A DNA stretch of 64,000 nt from Candidatus Nanopelagicales bacterium. Lineage in GTDB: Bacteria > Actinomycetota > Actinomycetes > Nanopelagicales > Nanopelagicaceae. Made by a program: the position numbers and the translations under genes. Below are positions 1 through 12,081 of this stretch, piece after piece; position 1 is the first letter of the stretch, and each line of letters opens with the position of its first letter. The stretch covers positions 9,004-73,003 of the forward strand of contig JAURGA010000002.1 in assembly GCA_030834095.1 (NCBI GenBank), in the 5' to 3' direction. Below the pieces are notes generated by a model. It made no database searches and was not told where the DNA came from. It saw only the letters and a program-made list of their open reading frames with translations.

Positions 1-60
1 AGGCGCGGTCTGCGGCTAGTCTCAGATAATTTCTAAATAGTGAGATTTCCTACTCAGGGG

Positions 61-89
61 TTGACCAAATGAGCGTGACAGGGGAGAAT
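61..89 (+). promoter_or_regulatory. candidate SigA-type promoter for the ilv leader and ilvBNC
   Basis: TTGACC at 61-66, a 17-nt spacer, then GAGAAT at 84-89 (A2 and T6 of TANNNT kept). This would put the TSS at or beside the ATG at 96. Motif match only. Confidence 0.3.
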
Positions 90-95
90 TCACAC

Positions 96-134
96 ATGAT
101 TTCAGTCGTGGTAATTGGTGAGCGCGCGCTCTAG
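96..134 (+). CDS. candidate ilvBNC leader peptide MISVVVIGERAL (12 codons, Ile/Val-rich)
   Basis: ATG 96-98 to TAG 132-134. Residues 2-7 are I-S-V-V-V-I. It lies about 95 nt upstream of ilvB and is followed by a terminator-like hairpin. GGGGAG at 81-86 could serve as an SD, or the ORF could be leaderless. Confidence 0.5.
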   Translation: MISVVVIGERAL

Positions 135-156
135 TTAATAACTAATTCGTGTGCTG

Positions 157-190
157 CCCCTCAGTGGAAACTGAGGGGTTTCGCATTTAC
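157..190 (+). terminator. attenuator / intrinsic terminator hairpin in the ilvB leader
   Basis: CCCCTCAG (157-164), loop TGGAAA, CTGAGGGG (171-178): a perfect 8-bp GC-rich stem followed by TTTCGCATTT. It sits between the leader ORF and the ilvB SD. Confidence 0.55.
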
Positions 191-228
191 CGAGAAGTTA
201 TACAGAAACTATTTGAGAGAGAAGGGAG

Positions 229-1980
229 ATGAACATGAGCGATGCAACAAAGATGACGGGGGCAAGCTCACTCGTCAAAGCGTTAGAAGCTTCAGGCGTT
301 GATGTCATGTTCGGAATCCCAGGTGGTGCAATTCTTCCCGCCTACGATCCAATTTTTGATAGCAAGATTCGCCATATTTTAGTTCGACACGAACAAGGTG
401 CAGGGCACGCAGCAACAGGCTATGCGCAGGCAACCGGTCGTGTTGGAGTTTGCATCGCAACATCAGGTCCAGGTGCAACCAACTTAGTTACACCACTTGC
501 AGATGCCCAAATGGACTCAGTTCCAATTGTTGCAATCACTGGTCAAGTAGCTTCAGGTGCAATCGGAACCGATGCCTTTCAAGAAGCAGATATTCGCGGA
601 ATCACAATGCCAGTCACCAAGCATTCATTCCTTGTAACCAGAGCTGAAGATATCGCGCGCAGTGTTGCCGAAGCGTTTCACATCGCAAGCACGGGTCGCC
701 CTGGCGCGGTCTTAGTTGATATTGCTAAAGATGCGCTACAGATGCAAACTGAATTCAATTTTCCAAAGAGCATTGAACTTGGTGGCTACAATCCAAAGAT
801 AGAAGCACCAGCAGAAGCGATACGTGATGCGGCTGCACTGATCGCACAATCAAAGGCACCAGTTCTCTACATTGGTGGCGGCGCAATTAAAGCTGGCGCC
901 CACAAAGAACTTTTGAAACTTGCTGAACTAACTGGCGCACCAGTTGTAACGACTCTGATGGCACGTGGTGCTTTCCCAGATTCACATCCACAACATCTTG
1001 GAATGCCTGGAATGCACGGAACAGTTGCGGCAGTAACAGCACTTCAAAAAGCTGATTTGCTAATAACACTTGGTGCAAGGTTCGATGATCGTGTTACTGG
1101 AAAACTTTCTACATTTGCACCGGGTGCAAAGATAATTCACGCAGATATCGATCCTGCCGAAATTGGAAAGAATCGTCGCGCCGATGTTGGACTAGTGGGC
1201 GACTTGAAATTAACTATCGAAGCGCTTATTCCTGCACTTAAGAGTGAGTTTAAGAAGAACCAACCAGATCTCTCGGCTTGGCTTTCACAAGCATATGGCT
1301 GGCGAACAAGATTCCCACTCGGTTATGACCACCCAACTGATGGCAGCGTTTCACCACAATATGTAATTGAGCGAATCGGAAAGATGTCAGGCCCTGATGC
1401 AATTTATGTTGCAGGTGTTGGGCAACATCAAATGTGGGCATCACAATTTATTTCATATGAGAAGCCTCGCACTTGGCTGAACTCTGGCGGTCTCGGAACT
1501 ATGGGTTATGCAGTTCCTGCTGCTATGGGCGCAAAAGTTGGCGCACCAGATACAACTGTTTGGGCAATCGATGGCGATGGCTGTTTCCAGATGACAAATC
1601 AAGAGCTTGTAACTTGCGCACTAAATAACATTCCAATCAAGGTTGCAGTTATCAATAACGAGAGTCTGGGAATGGTTCGCCAATGGCAGACCCTGTTCTA
1701 TAACGAGCGTTATTCAAATACCGAACTTCATTCAAAGCGGATCCCAGATTTTGCGAAACTTGCAGATGCAATGGGCTGTGTTGGATTAACTTGTGATTCA
1801 ACCAAAGATGTCGACAAGATAATCGCTCAAGCAATGGAGATTAACGATCGCCCAGTAGTTGTTGATTTCAGTGTTCACCGCGATGCGATGGTCTGGCCGA
1901 TGGTTGCTGCCGGAACTTCTAACGATGACATTGTTAATGCGCGTTCACTTGCGCCAATCTGGGATTCACAGGAGCTATAA
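229..1980 (+). CDS. ilvB: acetolactate synthase (acetohydroxy-acid synthase) large subunit
   Basis: 583-aa ORF of the TPP-enzyme family. Motifs: [16 protein letters not shown], and the TPP-binding IDGDGCFQM...NNESLGMV. The ATG at 235 has better spacing to GGGAG (224-228) and may be the true start. Confidence 0.97.
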   Translation: MNMSDATKMTGASSLVKALEASGVDVMFGIPGGAILPAYDPIFDSKIRHILVRHEQGAGHAATGYAQATGRVGVCIATSGPGATNLVTPLADAQMDSVPIVAITGQVASGAIGTDAFQEADIRGITMPVTKHSFLVTRAEDIARSVAEAFHIASTGRPGAVLVDIAKDALQMQTEFNFPKSIELGGYNPKIEAPAEAIRDAAALIAQSKAPVLYIGGGAIKAGAHKELLKLAELTGAPVVTTLMARGAFPDSHPQHLGMPGMHGTVAAVTALQKADLLITLGARFDDRVTGKLSTFAPGAKIIHADIDPAEIGKNRRADVGLVGDLKLTIEALIPALKSEFKKNQPDLSAWLSQAYGWRTRFPLGYDHPTDGSVSPQYVIERIGKMSGPDAIYVAGVGQHQMWASQFISYEKPRTWLNSGGLGTMGYAVPAAMGAKVGAPDTTVWAIDGDGCFQMTNQELVTCALNNIPIKVAVINNESLGMVRQWQTLFYNERYSNTELHSKRIPDFAKLADAMGCVGLTCDSTKDVDKIIAQAMEINDRPVVVDFSVHRDAMVWPMVAAGTSNDDIVNARSLAPIWDSQEL

Positions 1981-2535
1981 ATGACACAATCACATCCAGA
2001 CGCACCATCATCATCGGTTTCATTCTCAAAGACCCGCACGCTCTCGGTTTTAGTAGAAAATAGTCCTGGAGTTCTTGCACGAGTCTCTTCACTATTTTCT
2101 CGTCGCGGTTACAACATCGATTCACTCGCTGTTGGTCCAACCGAGAACCCAAATTTCTCAAGAATGACAATTGTCATTAATGTTGAAGATCACGCCCTTG
2201 AACAAGTAATTGCGCAGCTAGATAAGTTAATCAATGTAATTAGCATTACTGAATTAGATCCGGTGATTTCAGTCCAACGCGAACTTTTATTAGTAAAGGT
2301 ATCGACTGATGAGAAGACTCGTTCTCAAGTGCTTGAGACTGTTCAACTTTTCCGCGCCAAAGTTGTTGATGTTGCACAAGATGCCGTGACAATCGAGGCC
2401 ACCGGAAACACCGAGAAGATATCGGCTCTGCTTCGAGTCCTAGAGCCTTATGGCATCCTAGAACTGATCCAATCAGGCTTAGTTGCGATGTCTCGAGGCT
2501 TAAAACCAGGCTCGATTTCAGAAGATAAGAGATAA
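1981..2535 (+). CDS. ilvN: acetolactate synthase small (regulatory) subunit
   Basis: ACT-domain N-terminus TLSVLVENSPGVLARVSSLFSRRGYNIDSLAV. Directly abuts ilvB (TAA then ATG), with AGGAG 6 nt upstream. Confidence 0.95.
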   Translation: MTQSHPDAPSSSVSFSKTRTLSVLVENSPGVLARVSSLFSRRGYNIDSLAVGPTENPNFSRMTIVINVEDHALEQVIAQLDKLINVISITELDPVISVQRELLLVKVSTDEKTRSQVLETVQLFRAKVVDVAQDAVTIEATGNTEKISALLRVLEPYGILELIQSGLVAMSRGLKPGSISEDKR

Positions 2536-5233
<2,698 letters not shown>

Positions 5234-5243
5234 TAAATAAATC

Positions 5244-6290
5244 ATGAAGAGTTTTAATTTAGCCGTAATCGCTGGCGATGGCATTGGACCTGAAGTTGTT
5301 GCTGAAGGTCTCAAAGTCCTTGATGTTGTGTCAGCGAATTATGGAGTTGAATTTAAGAAGACACATTACGAACTTGGTGCAAGTTACTGGCACAAGACTG
5401 GTGAAGTTCTTCCAGATTCAGTTATGGCAGATCTTGCGAAATCAGATGTAATTCTTCTGGGCGCAGTTGGCGATCCAACTGTTCCAAGTGGTGTTCTAGA
5501 GCGCGGTTTGCTGCTAAAGATTCGCTTCGCTTTTGATCACTACATAAATCTTCGTCCAGCTAAATTACATCCAGGAGTTAAGTCACCTCTTGTTAATTCA
5601 GATTCAATTGATTTCATCGTTGTTCGAGAAGGAACCGAAGGTCCATATGTCGGAGCCGGTGGCGTCCTTGCACACGGAACTAAAGATGAGATTGCAACCG
5701 AAGAGAGCCTTAATACCCGTCGCGGTGCCGAACGAGTAATCCGTGATGCTTTTGCTCGCGCACAAGCTCGCCCCCGCAAGAAGTTAACGATGGTTCATAA
5801 GAACAATGTTTTAACTCGTGCCGGTGGATTATGGACCCGAACATTTAATGAAGTTGCAAAAGAATTTCCAGATATCACAACAGATTATTTACATGTAGAT
5901 GCTGCATCGATGTTCTTTGTTACCAATCCAGAACGCTTTGATGTTGTTGTAACCGACAACCTCTTTGGCGATATCTTGACCGACATTGCCGCAGCAATCT
6001 GTGGTGGAATTGGATTAGCCGCATCTGGAAATATAAATCCAACCGGCGAATTTCCATCTATGTTTGAACCAGTTCATGGATCTGCTCCAGATATTGCAGG
6101 TAAATCACTTGCAGACCCAACTGCGACAGTAATGTCAGTTGCCATGATGCTTTCACATCTTGGCTTAACAGATGCAGCCGCAGATATTGAAAGAGCAGTC
6201 GCAGCCGATTTACTTACTCGTGGCGATGCAAAACGCAGCACAGTTCAAGTTGGTGACGCGCTTGCCGCCGGAGCTTCTGGTGCGAAATGA
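5244..6290 (+). CDS. leuB: 3-isopropylmalate dehydrogenase
   Basis: Isocitrate/isopropylmalate dehydrogenase family: [19 protein letters not shown] and a full-length 348 aa. The serA-leuB adjacency is typical of Actinobacteria. Confidence 0.95.
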   Translation: MKSFNLAVIAGDGIGPEVVAEGLKVLDVVSANYGVEFKKTHYELGASYWHKTGEVLPDSVMADLAKSDVILLGAVGDPTVPSGVLERGLLLKIRFAFDHYINLRPAKLHPGVKSPLVNSDSIDFIVVREGTEGPYVGAGGVLAHGTKDEIATEESLNTRRGAERVIRDAFARAQARPRKKLTMVHKNNVLTRAGGLWTRTFNEVAKEFPDITTDYLHVDAASMFFVTNPERFDVVVTDNLFGDILTDIAAAICGGIGLAASGNINPTGEFPSMFEPVHGSAPDIAGKSLADPTATVMSVAMMLSHLGLTDAAADIERAVAADLLTRGDAKRSTVQVGDALAAGASGAK

Positions 6291-7372
6291 AAATAAATTT
6301 AAACCCTAATCCAAACCCAGTTTCAGATTCCGAACGCGATGAAAAAGTCGCAGCTGGAGGCTTTGGAAAGTATTACACCGACAATATGGTGACAATTGAT
6401 TGGAGCGAAGCTGATGGTTGGAGCGATGCCCAATTACATGCATATGGTCCAATAACTTTAGATCCAGCTACTGCGGTTTTTCATTACGGCCAAGAAATCT
6501 TCGAAGGAATGAAGGCGTATTCCCAACCTGATGGCAGCATTTCGTTATTTCGCCCAGATGCCAATGCTCTGCGATTTGCGAGAAGCGCAGCGCGTTTAGC
6601 CCTGCCAGAACTAAGTGTTGAAGAATTTATTGAAACAATTACAACTCTTGTTAAGCAAGATCGCAAATGGGTGCCGAAGAAAGTTGGCGAATCTCTTTAC
6701 ATAAGACCATTTATGTTTGCAACTGAAGTTGGCCTAGGTGTCCGTCCTTCAAACCGTGCCAAGTATGTTCTTATCGCAACACCAGCAGGCGCATACTTCA
6801 ATGCTGCAAATGCTGTAACCGTTTGGATTTCCACCGAATATGTCCGTGCTGCAATTGGTGGTACCGGCGAAGCAAAGTGCGGCGGAAACTATGCGGCTTC
6901 ACTCGTTGCACAGAAGCAAGCTGCAACTAAGGGCTGCGATCAGGTTGTTTGGCTAGATGCTGTAGAACGCAAATGGGTTGAAGAGATGGGCGGAATGAAT
7001 CTTTATTTCGTTAAGGGTTCTGGAAAAGATGCAACCGTCATTACTCCAAAGCTAACCGGCACATTGCTTCCTGGAATCACTCGCGATTCAATTCTTACCG
7101 TTGCTAAAGATCTAGGTTATAAAGTTGAAGAAGTCATGCTTTCAATTGATGATTGGCGCGATGGCGTTGCTAGTGGCGAAATCACCGAAATTTTTGCCTG
7201 CGGAACTGCAGCCGTAGTTAGCGCAGTTGGCGCCGCAAAGAGCGAGTTTGGAACTTGGACTACTGGTGATGGAAAGCCTGGCCCAATCACAATGCAGATT
7301 CGCGAAACACTTCTCGGAATCCAACATGGAACTATCGAAGACAAACATGGTTGGAACGTGAAGGTCTGCTAA
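6287..7372 (+). CDS. ilvE: branched-chain amino-acid aminotransferase
   Basis: Class IV PLP aminotransferase of the long actinobacterial type (361 aa), with [16 protein letters not shown] overlap with leuB. Confidence 0.94.
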   Translation: MKINLNPNPNPVSDSERDEKVAAGGFGKYYTDNMVTIDWSEADGWSDAQLHAYGPITLDPATAVFHYGQEIFEGMKAYSQPDGSISLFRPDANALRFARSAARLALPELSVEEFIETITTLVKQDRKWVPKKVGESLYIRPFMFATEVGLGVRPSNRAKYVLIATPAGAYFNAANAVTVWISTEYVRAAIGGTGEAKCGGNYAASLVAQKQAATKGCDQVVWLDAVERKWVEEMGGMNLYFVKGSGKDATVITPKLTGTLLPGITRDSILTVAKDLGYKVEEVMLSIDDWRDGVASGEITEIFACGTAAVVSAVGAAKSEFGTWTTGDGKPGPITMQIRETLLGIQHGTIEDKHGWNVKVC

Positions 7373-8956
7373 ATGAATGACAACTTTCACATATATGACA
7401 CCACACTTAGAGACGGTGCCCAACAAGAGGGCTTAAATCTCTCGGTGCATGACAAGTTGGCGATTGCACGTCACTTGGATGATCTAGGTGTTGGCTTTAT
7501 CGAAGGTGGTTGGCCTGGCGCTAATCCAAAAGATACTGAATTCTTCAAGCGGGCACAGACCGAGTTAAAACTAAAGAATGCAACCTTTATGGCATTCGGT
7601 GCGACTCGCAGACCAAATGTAAAAGCTGCCGATGATGTTCTGCTTCGCGCTCTTCAAGATTCTGGCGCAGCCGGGGTAACTCTGGTTGCCAAGAGCCACG
7701 ACCGACATGTTGATCTTGCACTGAAAACTAATTTAGATGAGAACTTGGCAATGATTAAGGATTCGATTGAATTCTTGCGTGCGGGTGGCCAACGAGTATT
7801 TTTAGATGCCGAGCATTTCTTTGATGGCTATAAATCAAATAAAGCTTACGCGCTTGAAGTTGTTCGGGTTTCAGCTGAAGCTGGCGCCGATGTAATTGCG
7901 CTCTGCGATACCAATGGCGGCATGTTGCCGGACGAACTTTCACAAGTTGTCCATGATGTTTTAACCGCTTCAAGCGCTCGTCTCGGAATCCATTGTCACA
8001 ATGACACAGGGTGCGCCGTCGCAAACTCTCTTGCTGCAATCGCCGCTGGCGTTACACATGTCCAGGGAACGTTGAATGGATATGGCGAACGAACCGGAAA
8101 TGCGGATCTTGTAAGCATCATTGCTAATCTTGAATTAAAGAAGATGCAGAAGGTGCTTCCAGAAGGTGCACTTCGCGAAGCATTTAGAATTTCACATGCA
8201 GTTGCCGAAGTTACAAATGTGGCACCAAGTGCACGCCAGCCTTATGTCGGCGTTTCAGCATTCGCCCACAAGGCCGGACTACATGCAAGTGCAATCAAGG
8301 TTGATCCTGCGATGTATCAACACGAAGAGCCATCAAGTGTCGGAAATGATCGCCGCATGTTGGTATCTGAAATGGCAGGCCGGGCATCTATTGAATTGAA
8401 ATCTGAAGAACTTGGTATCGCAATCGGTAACGATAAAGAAGTTGTTGGCCGTGTTGTAGAACGCGTTAAAGAGATGGAATCACGCGGTTATACCTTTGAA
8501 GCTGCAGATGCATCTTTTGAATTACTACTTCGTGAAGAGATTGATGGAAAGCGCGCAACCTTCTTTAAGGTTGAAAAGTGGGATACAACAGTTAGTCGCG
8601 ATGCTGACAATAAAGTGACCTCGAAGGCCTCATTAGTTATCTCTGCTGGTGGAAATAAGATTGAATCTCAAGGATCTGGAAATGGTCCGGTGAATGCAAT
8701 TGATACCGCACTTCGTTCTGGCCTGCTTAAGTTCTATCCAGAACTCGAAAAACTAGAGCTAACTGATTACAAAGTTCGTATTCTTGAAGGTCGTCTTGGC
8801 ACTGGTGCAATCACTCGCGTATTGGTTGAAACCAGTGATGGAACAACCGAATGGAGCACCATCGGAGTTCACGAAAATGTTATTGCCGCATCTGTAATGG
8901 CCCTAGAAGATGCAGTTACATTCGGTTTACTGCTTCAGGGAAGAAAACCCGAGTAA
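7373..8956 (+). CDS. cimA: (R)-citramalate synthase (LeuA-related, short form)
   Basis: N-terminus YDTTLRDGAQQEGLNLSVHDKLAIARHLDDLGVGFIEGGWPGANPKDTEFF and a length of 527 aa match the CimA subfamily rather than the long actinobacterial LeuA. C-terminal LeuA-dimer-like regulatory domain present. Confidence 0.8.
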   Translation: MNDNFHIYDTTLRDGAQQEGLNLSVHDKLAIARHLDDLGVGFIEGGWPGANPKDTEFFKRAQTELKLKNATFMAFGATRRPNVKAADDVLLRALQDSGAAGVTLVAKSHDRHVDLALKTNLDENLAMIKDSIEFLRAGGQRVFLDAEHFFDGYKSNKAYALEVVRVSAEAGADVIALCDTNGGMLPDELSQVVHDVLTASSARLGIHCHNDTGCAVANSLAAIAAGVTHVQGTLNGYGERTGNADLVSIIANLELKKMQKVLPEGALREAFRISHAVAEVTNVAPSARQPYVGVSAFAHKAGLHASAIKVDPAMYQHEEPSSVGNDRRMLVSEMAGRASIELKSEELGIAIGNDKEVVGRVVERVKEMESRGYTFEAADASFELLLREEIDGKRATFFKVEKWDTTVSRDADNKVTSKASLVISAGGNKIESQGSGNGPVNAIDTALRSGLLKFYPELEKLELTDYKVRILEGRLGTGAITRVLVETSDGTTEWSTIGVHENVIAASVMALEDAVTFGLLLQGRKPE

Positions 8957-8965
8957 CCTTTAAGT

Positions 8966-9865
8966 ATGAGTGCCGAGCTAGTTGCCAAATATGAAGAGCA
9001 CTTGGCGCTGGTTCGAAACCTAGCGGACAATTCAATTCGTGGATATGTCAGCGATTTAGAATCTTTCTTGGCACATATCGCCAAACTTGGAATCACTGAA
9101 TTCTCAGAACTTCAAATTACACATATTCGTTCTTGGCTTGCAAACCTTCAATCAACTGGAATTTCTAGAGCAACACTTGCACGTCGAATAGTTTCAATCC
9201 GCGCCTTTACTTATTGGGCGGCAAGCCAAGGTTGGATTCCATCTGATATCGGTTCAGATCTCGCAATTCCAAAGGCCCACAAAACGCTGCCTGAAGTATT
9301 GAATCATTCCCAAACCCAAATAGTTTTAGATGCAATTGTTGCAAAAGCTGGCGAAGATCCAACTCCAGTTAATATCCGCGATTTAGCAATGATTGAAGTC
9401 TTGTATGCATCAGGAATTCGGGTGTCAGAAATCTGCGGTTTAAATCTTCGCGATATCGATTGGGAACGAAACACGCTTTTAGTATTAGGTAAAGGTGACA
9501 AAGAACGCGTAGTGCCAATCGGTCTGCCGGCGCTTGCTGCAGTCAAGAATTGGTTAAGTGTTGGTCGCCCTGAATTTGCCAATACAAATTCTGGTGATGC
9601 AGTTTTTCTTGGTGCCCGTGGAAAGCGAATTGATCAACGCACAGTTCGCGAAGTTGTTTACGATGCTATGGAAGCAATTGGTTCGCACATGAGCCCACAC
9701 GGACTTCGACATACTGCGGCAACCCATTTACTTGAAGGGGGAGCCGACCTTCGAACAGTTCAAGAGATATTGGGGCATTCCTCCCTTGCTACGACCCAGA
9801 TTTATACCCACGTTTCACCTGAACGCCTCAAGAGCGCATACGAACAGGCGCATCCCCGGGCTTAA
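8966..9865 (+). CDS. xerC: tyrosine recombinase XerC (chromosome dimer resolution)
   Basis: Phage-integrase fold with HGLRHTAATHLLEGGADLRTVQEILGHSSLATTQIYTHV (catalytic Tyr). It sits at the position upstream of rpsB that xerC occupies in Actinobacteria. XerC versus XerD cannot be settled from sequence alone. Confidence 0.88.
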   Translation: MSAELVAKYEEHLALVRNLADNSIRGYVSDLESFLAHIAKLGITEFSELQITHIRSWLANLQSTGISRATLARRIVSIRAFTYWAASQGWIPSDIGSDLAIPKAHKTLPEVLNHSQTQIVLDAIVAKAGEDPTPVNIRDLAMIEVLYASGIRVSEICGLNLRDIDWERNTLLVLGKGDKERVVPIGLPALAAVKNWLSVGRPEFANTNSGDAVFLGARGKRIDQRTVREVVYDAMEAIGSHMSPHGLRHTAATHLLEGGADLRTVQEILGHSSLATTQIYTHVSPERLKSAYEQAHPRA

Positions 9866-9905
9866 GCACTTCGTGCACAATGGGAACTTGGTATTTGCAA
9901 AACTC

Positions 9906-9933
9906 TTGACAGAGAAAGTTTCACTGTTAAATT
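9906..9933 (+). promoter_or_regulatory. candidate extended -10 promoter giving a leaderless protease mRNA
   Basis: TTGACA at 9906-9911, a 16-nt spacer containing TG at 9925-9926, then TAAATT at 9928-9933. The ATG at 9939 lies 6 nt downstream and has no SD in front of it. Confidence 0.35.
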
Positions 9934-9938
9934 GAGTT

Positions 9939-10958
9939 ATGCGCAAAGTTGCTCTAGCCGTTTTGGCTATGAGCGCGCTGATTTTCTCTTCGACGCCTCT
10001 TTCTCAGGCTGCATTAAATGCGCCAGTTAATCTCGATAATCCAAGAGTGGTACCAATCTTTGGGCAAGATGACTCTTCAGAAGTTAGGTTGATGGCCAAT
10101 TGGAGTGGATTCTTATATTCACCACGTATTGTCTTTAGTGCTGCACATTCTCATTACCGTTTTGATAACAATGGTAATCGAGTATTAAATGAACCAGCCT
10201 TTATTACGGTAGGTAAACCTAACTCCTCAGTGAAGAGCGCTGAAGGTAGAGCAAAAGTGATCAAAACATTTGCTGCAGATTTTACACAATTTGGAAATGA
10301 CTTCATTGTTCTGGTATTAGATAGAGATTTAGTTACCGTCTCTCCGGCAAAGTTGATGACTGCGGAAATTGAGGCTGAATTAGTCAACGCACGAGCAGAG
10401 GTAGTTTTACATGGATACGGCGAGTATCGAGATCGTTGTGCTCCTGGTGAGAAGAACCCTTGTAAGAAAGATTGGAATAATCCAAACCAAAGGACTAGTG
10501 AGCTCCCAAGAGTTGCAAAAATGAATCTCGCTCCTCTTTCTGATTCTTATTTTTCGTGGTTCACAGTAAACCAACGAGCCGAACTACGAGAGACGGTTAT
10601 ATCCAATCCTCAAGGTTGCCCTGGTGATTCAGGTGGACCGATAACTACCGTTTACAAAGGTGACTTGCTTTATCTTGGTATGGGCTTGGACGCCGCAAAT
10701 GTCTATGCCTGTGGTGCGGGCGATGCAAAATTAAAGGAAAATGATTCGAATTCATTTGGCTGGTTCTCACCAATATATAAGCATCTTGATTTGTTGAAAG
10801 AGGCAGAAGCTTTTGTGGCCCAGCAAGTAACAGCTAAAAAGAGTTCGACCAGTAAGCCAACTTCTTCTATAGCCTGTATTAAAGGTAAGGTCACCAAAAT
10901 CTTCACTGGTCCTAACGCAAAGTGCCCAAAGGGATATAAGAAGAATACGAAGAACTAG
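9939..10958 (+). CDS. secreted trypsin-like (S1 family) serine protease
   Basis: Signal peptide MRKVALAVLAMSALIFSSTPLSQA. Catalytic triad context: FSAAHSH (His), NDFIVLVLD (Asp), GCPGDSGGP (Ser). Lys-rich C-terminal tail with two Cys residues. Confidence 0.85.
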   Translation: MRKVALAVLAMSALIFSSTPLSQAALNAPVNLDNPRVVPIFGQDDSSEVRLMANWSGFLYSPRIVFSAAHSHYRFDNNGNRVLNEPAFITVGKPNSSVKSAEGRAKVIKTFAADFTQFGNDFIVLVLDRDLVTVSPAKLMTAEIEAELVNARAEVVLHGYGEYRDRCAPGEKNPCKKDWNNPNQRTSELPRVAKMNLAPLSDSYFSWFTVNQRAELRETVISNPQGCPGDSGGPITTVYKGDLLYLGMGLDAANVYACGAGDAKLKENDSNSFGWFSPIYKHLDLLKEAEAFVAQQVTAKKSSTSKPTSSIACIKGKVTKIFTGPNAKCPKGYKKNTKN

Positions 10959-10991
10959 TTCCGCGAATTTTGAAGAATTATGCGAATTTAG

Positions 10992-11025
10992 GCGGGTTTT
11001 GAGGGGTTCGAACCTCGACCCGGGC
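10992..11025 (+). other. tRNA T-arm-like fragment / stem-loop, not a complete tRNA
   Basis: GCGGGTTTTGAGGGGTTCGAACCTCGACCCGGGCG contains a GGTTCGAACC T-loop-like core. Possible pairings are GAGG/CCTC and CGGGT/ACCCG. There is no matching 5' acceptor, D arm or anticodon arm upstream. Confidence 0.25.
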
Positions 11026-11173
11026 GTAATTAGCACCCCTTGGCATCCTTTAGGATTAACCCAGCACAAATCGCAAGATCTGTGACTTCACGTGTCTTAT
11101 TAGTTGAAGCTTTTAGTTAAAACTAATTAACCATTTCGGTCCGTTGAAAAACGGTCGGTGTTAAGACACTAGG

Positions 11174-11194
11174 GACCAAACAAATTGTTAGGTC
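11174..11194 (+). repeat. 21-nt inverted repeat in the rpsB upstream region
   Basis: GACCAAACAAATTGTTAGGTC: 9 of 10 arm positions are complementary. It lies 55 nt upstream of the rpsB ATG and could be an operator or a 5' UTR hairpin. Confidence 0.35.
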
Positions 11195-11248
11195 GTCAAC
11201 CGAGTGCATTTTGCTTAATTGCAATCTGCAAAAAAGGAGTGTGCCGCC

Positions 11249-12076
11249 ATGGCGGTTGTATCAATGCGAGAACTTCTCGACAGTGGAGTCCACTTCGGAC
11301 ATCAAACTCGTCGATGGAATCCAAAAATGAAGCGCTACATATTTGCTGAGCGCAACGGTATTTACATCATCGACATCCAACAATCACTTGCACTAATTGA
11401 TAGTGCCTACGAATTTATTAAGGACACCGTTGCAAAGGGCGGACATATCCTTTTCGTAGGAACCAAGAAGCAAGCACATGAGCCAATCAAGGCGCAATCT
11501 GCTCGCGTGCAAATGCCTTACGTTACAGAGCGCTGGCTCGGCGGAATGCTTACAAACTTCCCAACTGTTTACAAGCGTATTCAACGTCTTAAGGAACTTG
11601 AACTCCTTGAGAATTCAAATGACCAACTTTTAACAAAGAAGGAACTCCTAGTTCTTCGCCGCGAACGCGAGAAGCTAACTAAAAACCTTGAAGGTATTCG
11701 CAACATGACTAAGTTGCCTAGCGCAATTTGGGTTGTTGATACCAAGAAGGAGCACCTAGCTGTTGCAGAAGCACACAAGCTTGGTATTCCAGTTGTAGCA
11801 ATCTTGGATACAAACTGCGATCCAGATGAAGTTGACTACAAGATTCCTGGTAACGATGATGCTATTCGTTCAATTGCACTTCTAACTCGCGTTATCACTG
11901 ATGCAGCTGTTGCTGGTCTTGCTGCTCGTTCAGCAAATGCCGCAGCTGCTGCAGATAAGGCGGCTCCAGTTGCTAAAGAGGCAGAACCTCTTGCTGATTG
12001 GGAGAAAGAACTAATTGCAACACCAGAGACCGCAGCAACGGCTACAGAAGCAACTACACAAGTAACAGGAGAATAA
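11249..12076 (+). CDS. rpsB: 30S ribosomal protein S2
   Basis: [27 protein letters not shown], with the Ala/Glu-rich C-terminal tail typical of Actinobacteria. AAAGGAG precedes ATG 11249. The ORF-track TTG start at 11219 is an artefactual extension. Confidence 0.97.
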   Translation: MAVVSMRELLDSGVHFGHQTRRWNPKMKRYIFAERNGIYIIDIQQSLALIDSAYEFIKDTVAKGGHILFVGTKKQAHEPIKAQSARVQMPYVTERWLGGMLTNFPTVYKRIQRLKELELLENSNDQLLTKKELLVLRREREKLTKNLEGIRNMTKLPSAIWVVDTKKEHLAVAEAHKLGIPVVAILDTNCDPDEVDYKIPGNDDAIRSIALLTRVITDAAVAGLAARSANAAAAADKAAPVAKEAEPLADWEKELIATPETAATATEATTQVTGE

Positions 12077-12081
12077 TTAAA

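Noticed and set aside
8966-9865. Tyrosine recombinase as the integrase of a mobile element carrying the protease gene.
   Set aside because: The sequence and position match chromosomal XerC. There are no flanking direct repeats, excisionase, or phage or ICE genes nearby.
10992-11066. Possible tRNA gene, suggested by GGTTCGAACC.
   Set aside because: The T stem is imperfect (GAGG/CCTC with an 8-nt loop). No complementary 5' acceptor strand, D arm or anticodon arm exists in the preceding 70 nt on either strand. It is kept only as a tRNA-like fragment or hairpin.
11153-11175. Second RecA-NDp-like string GGTCGGTG...TAGGGA upstream of rpsB.
   Set aside because: The spacer is 9 nt rather than 8, and the -10-like hexamer ends in A rather than T. 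A DNA-damage promoter on rpsB also has no biological rationale.
11219-12081. ORF-track N-terminal extensions of rpsB (TTG 11219), tsf (11998), serA (3614), the aldehyde dehydrogenase (16191) and azlD (43012).
   Set aside because: Each extension overlaps the upstream gene or lacks an SD. In each case an internal start has a good SD or a 4-nt coupling overlap and restores the family-typical N-terminus.
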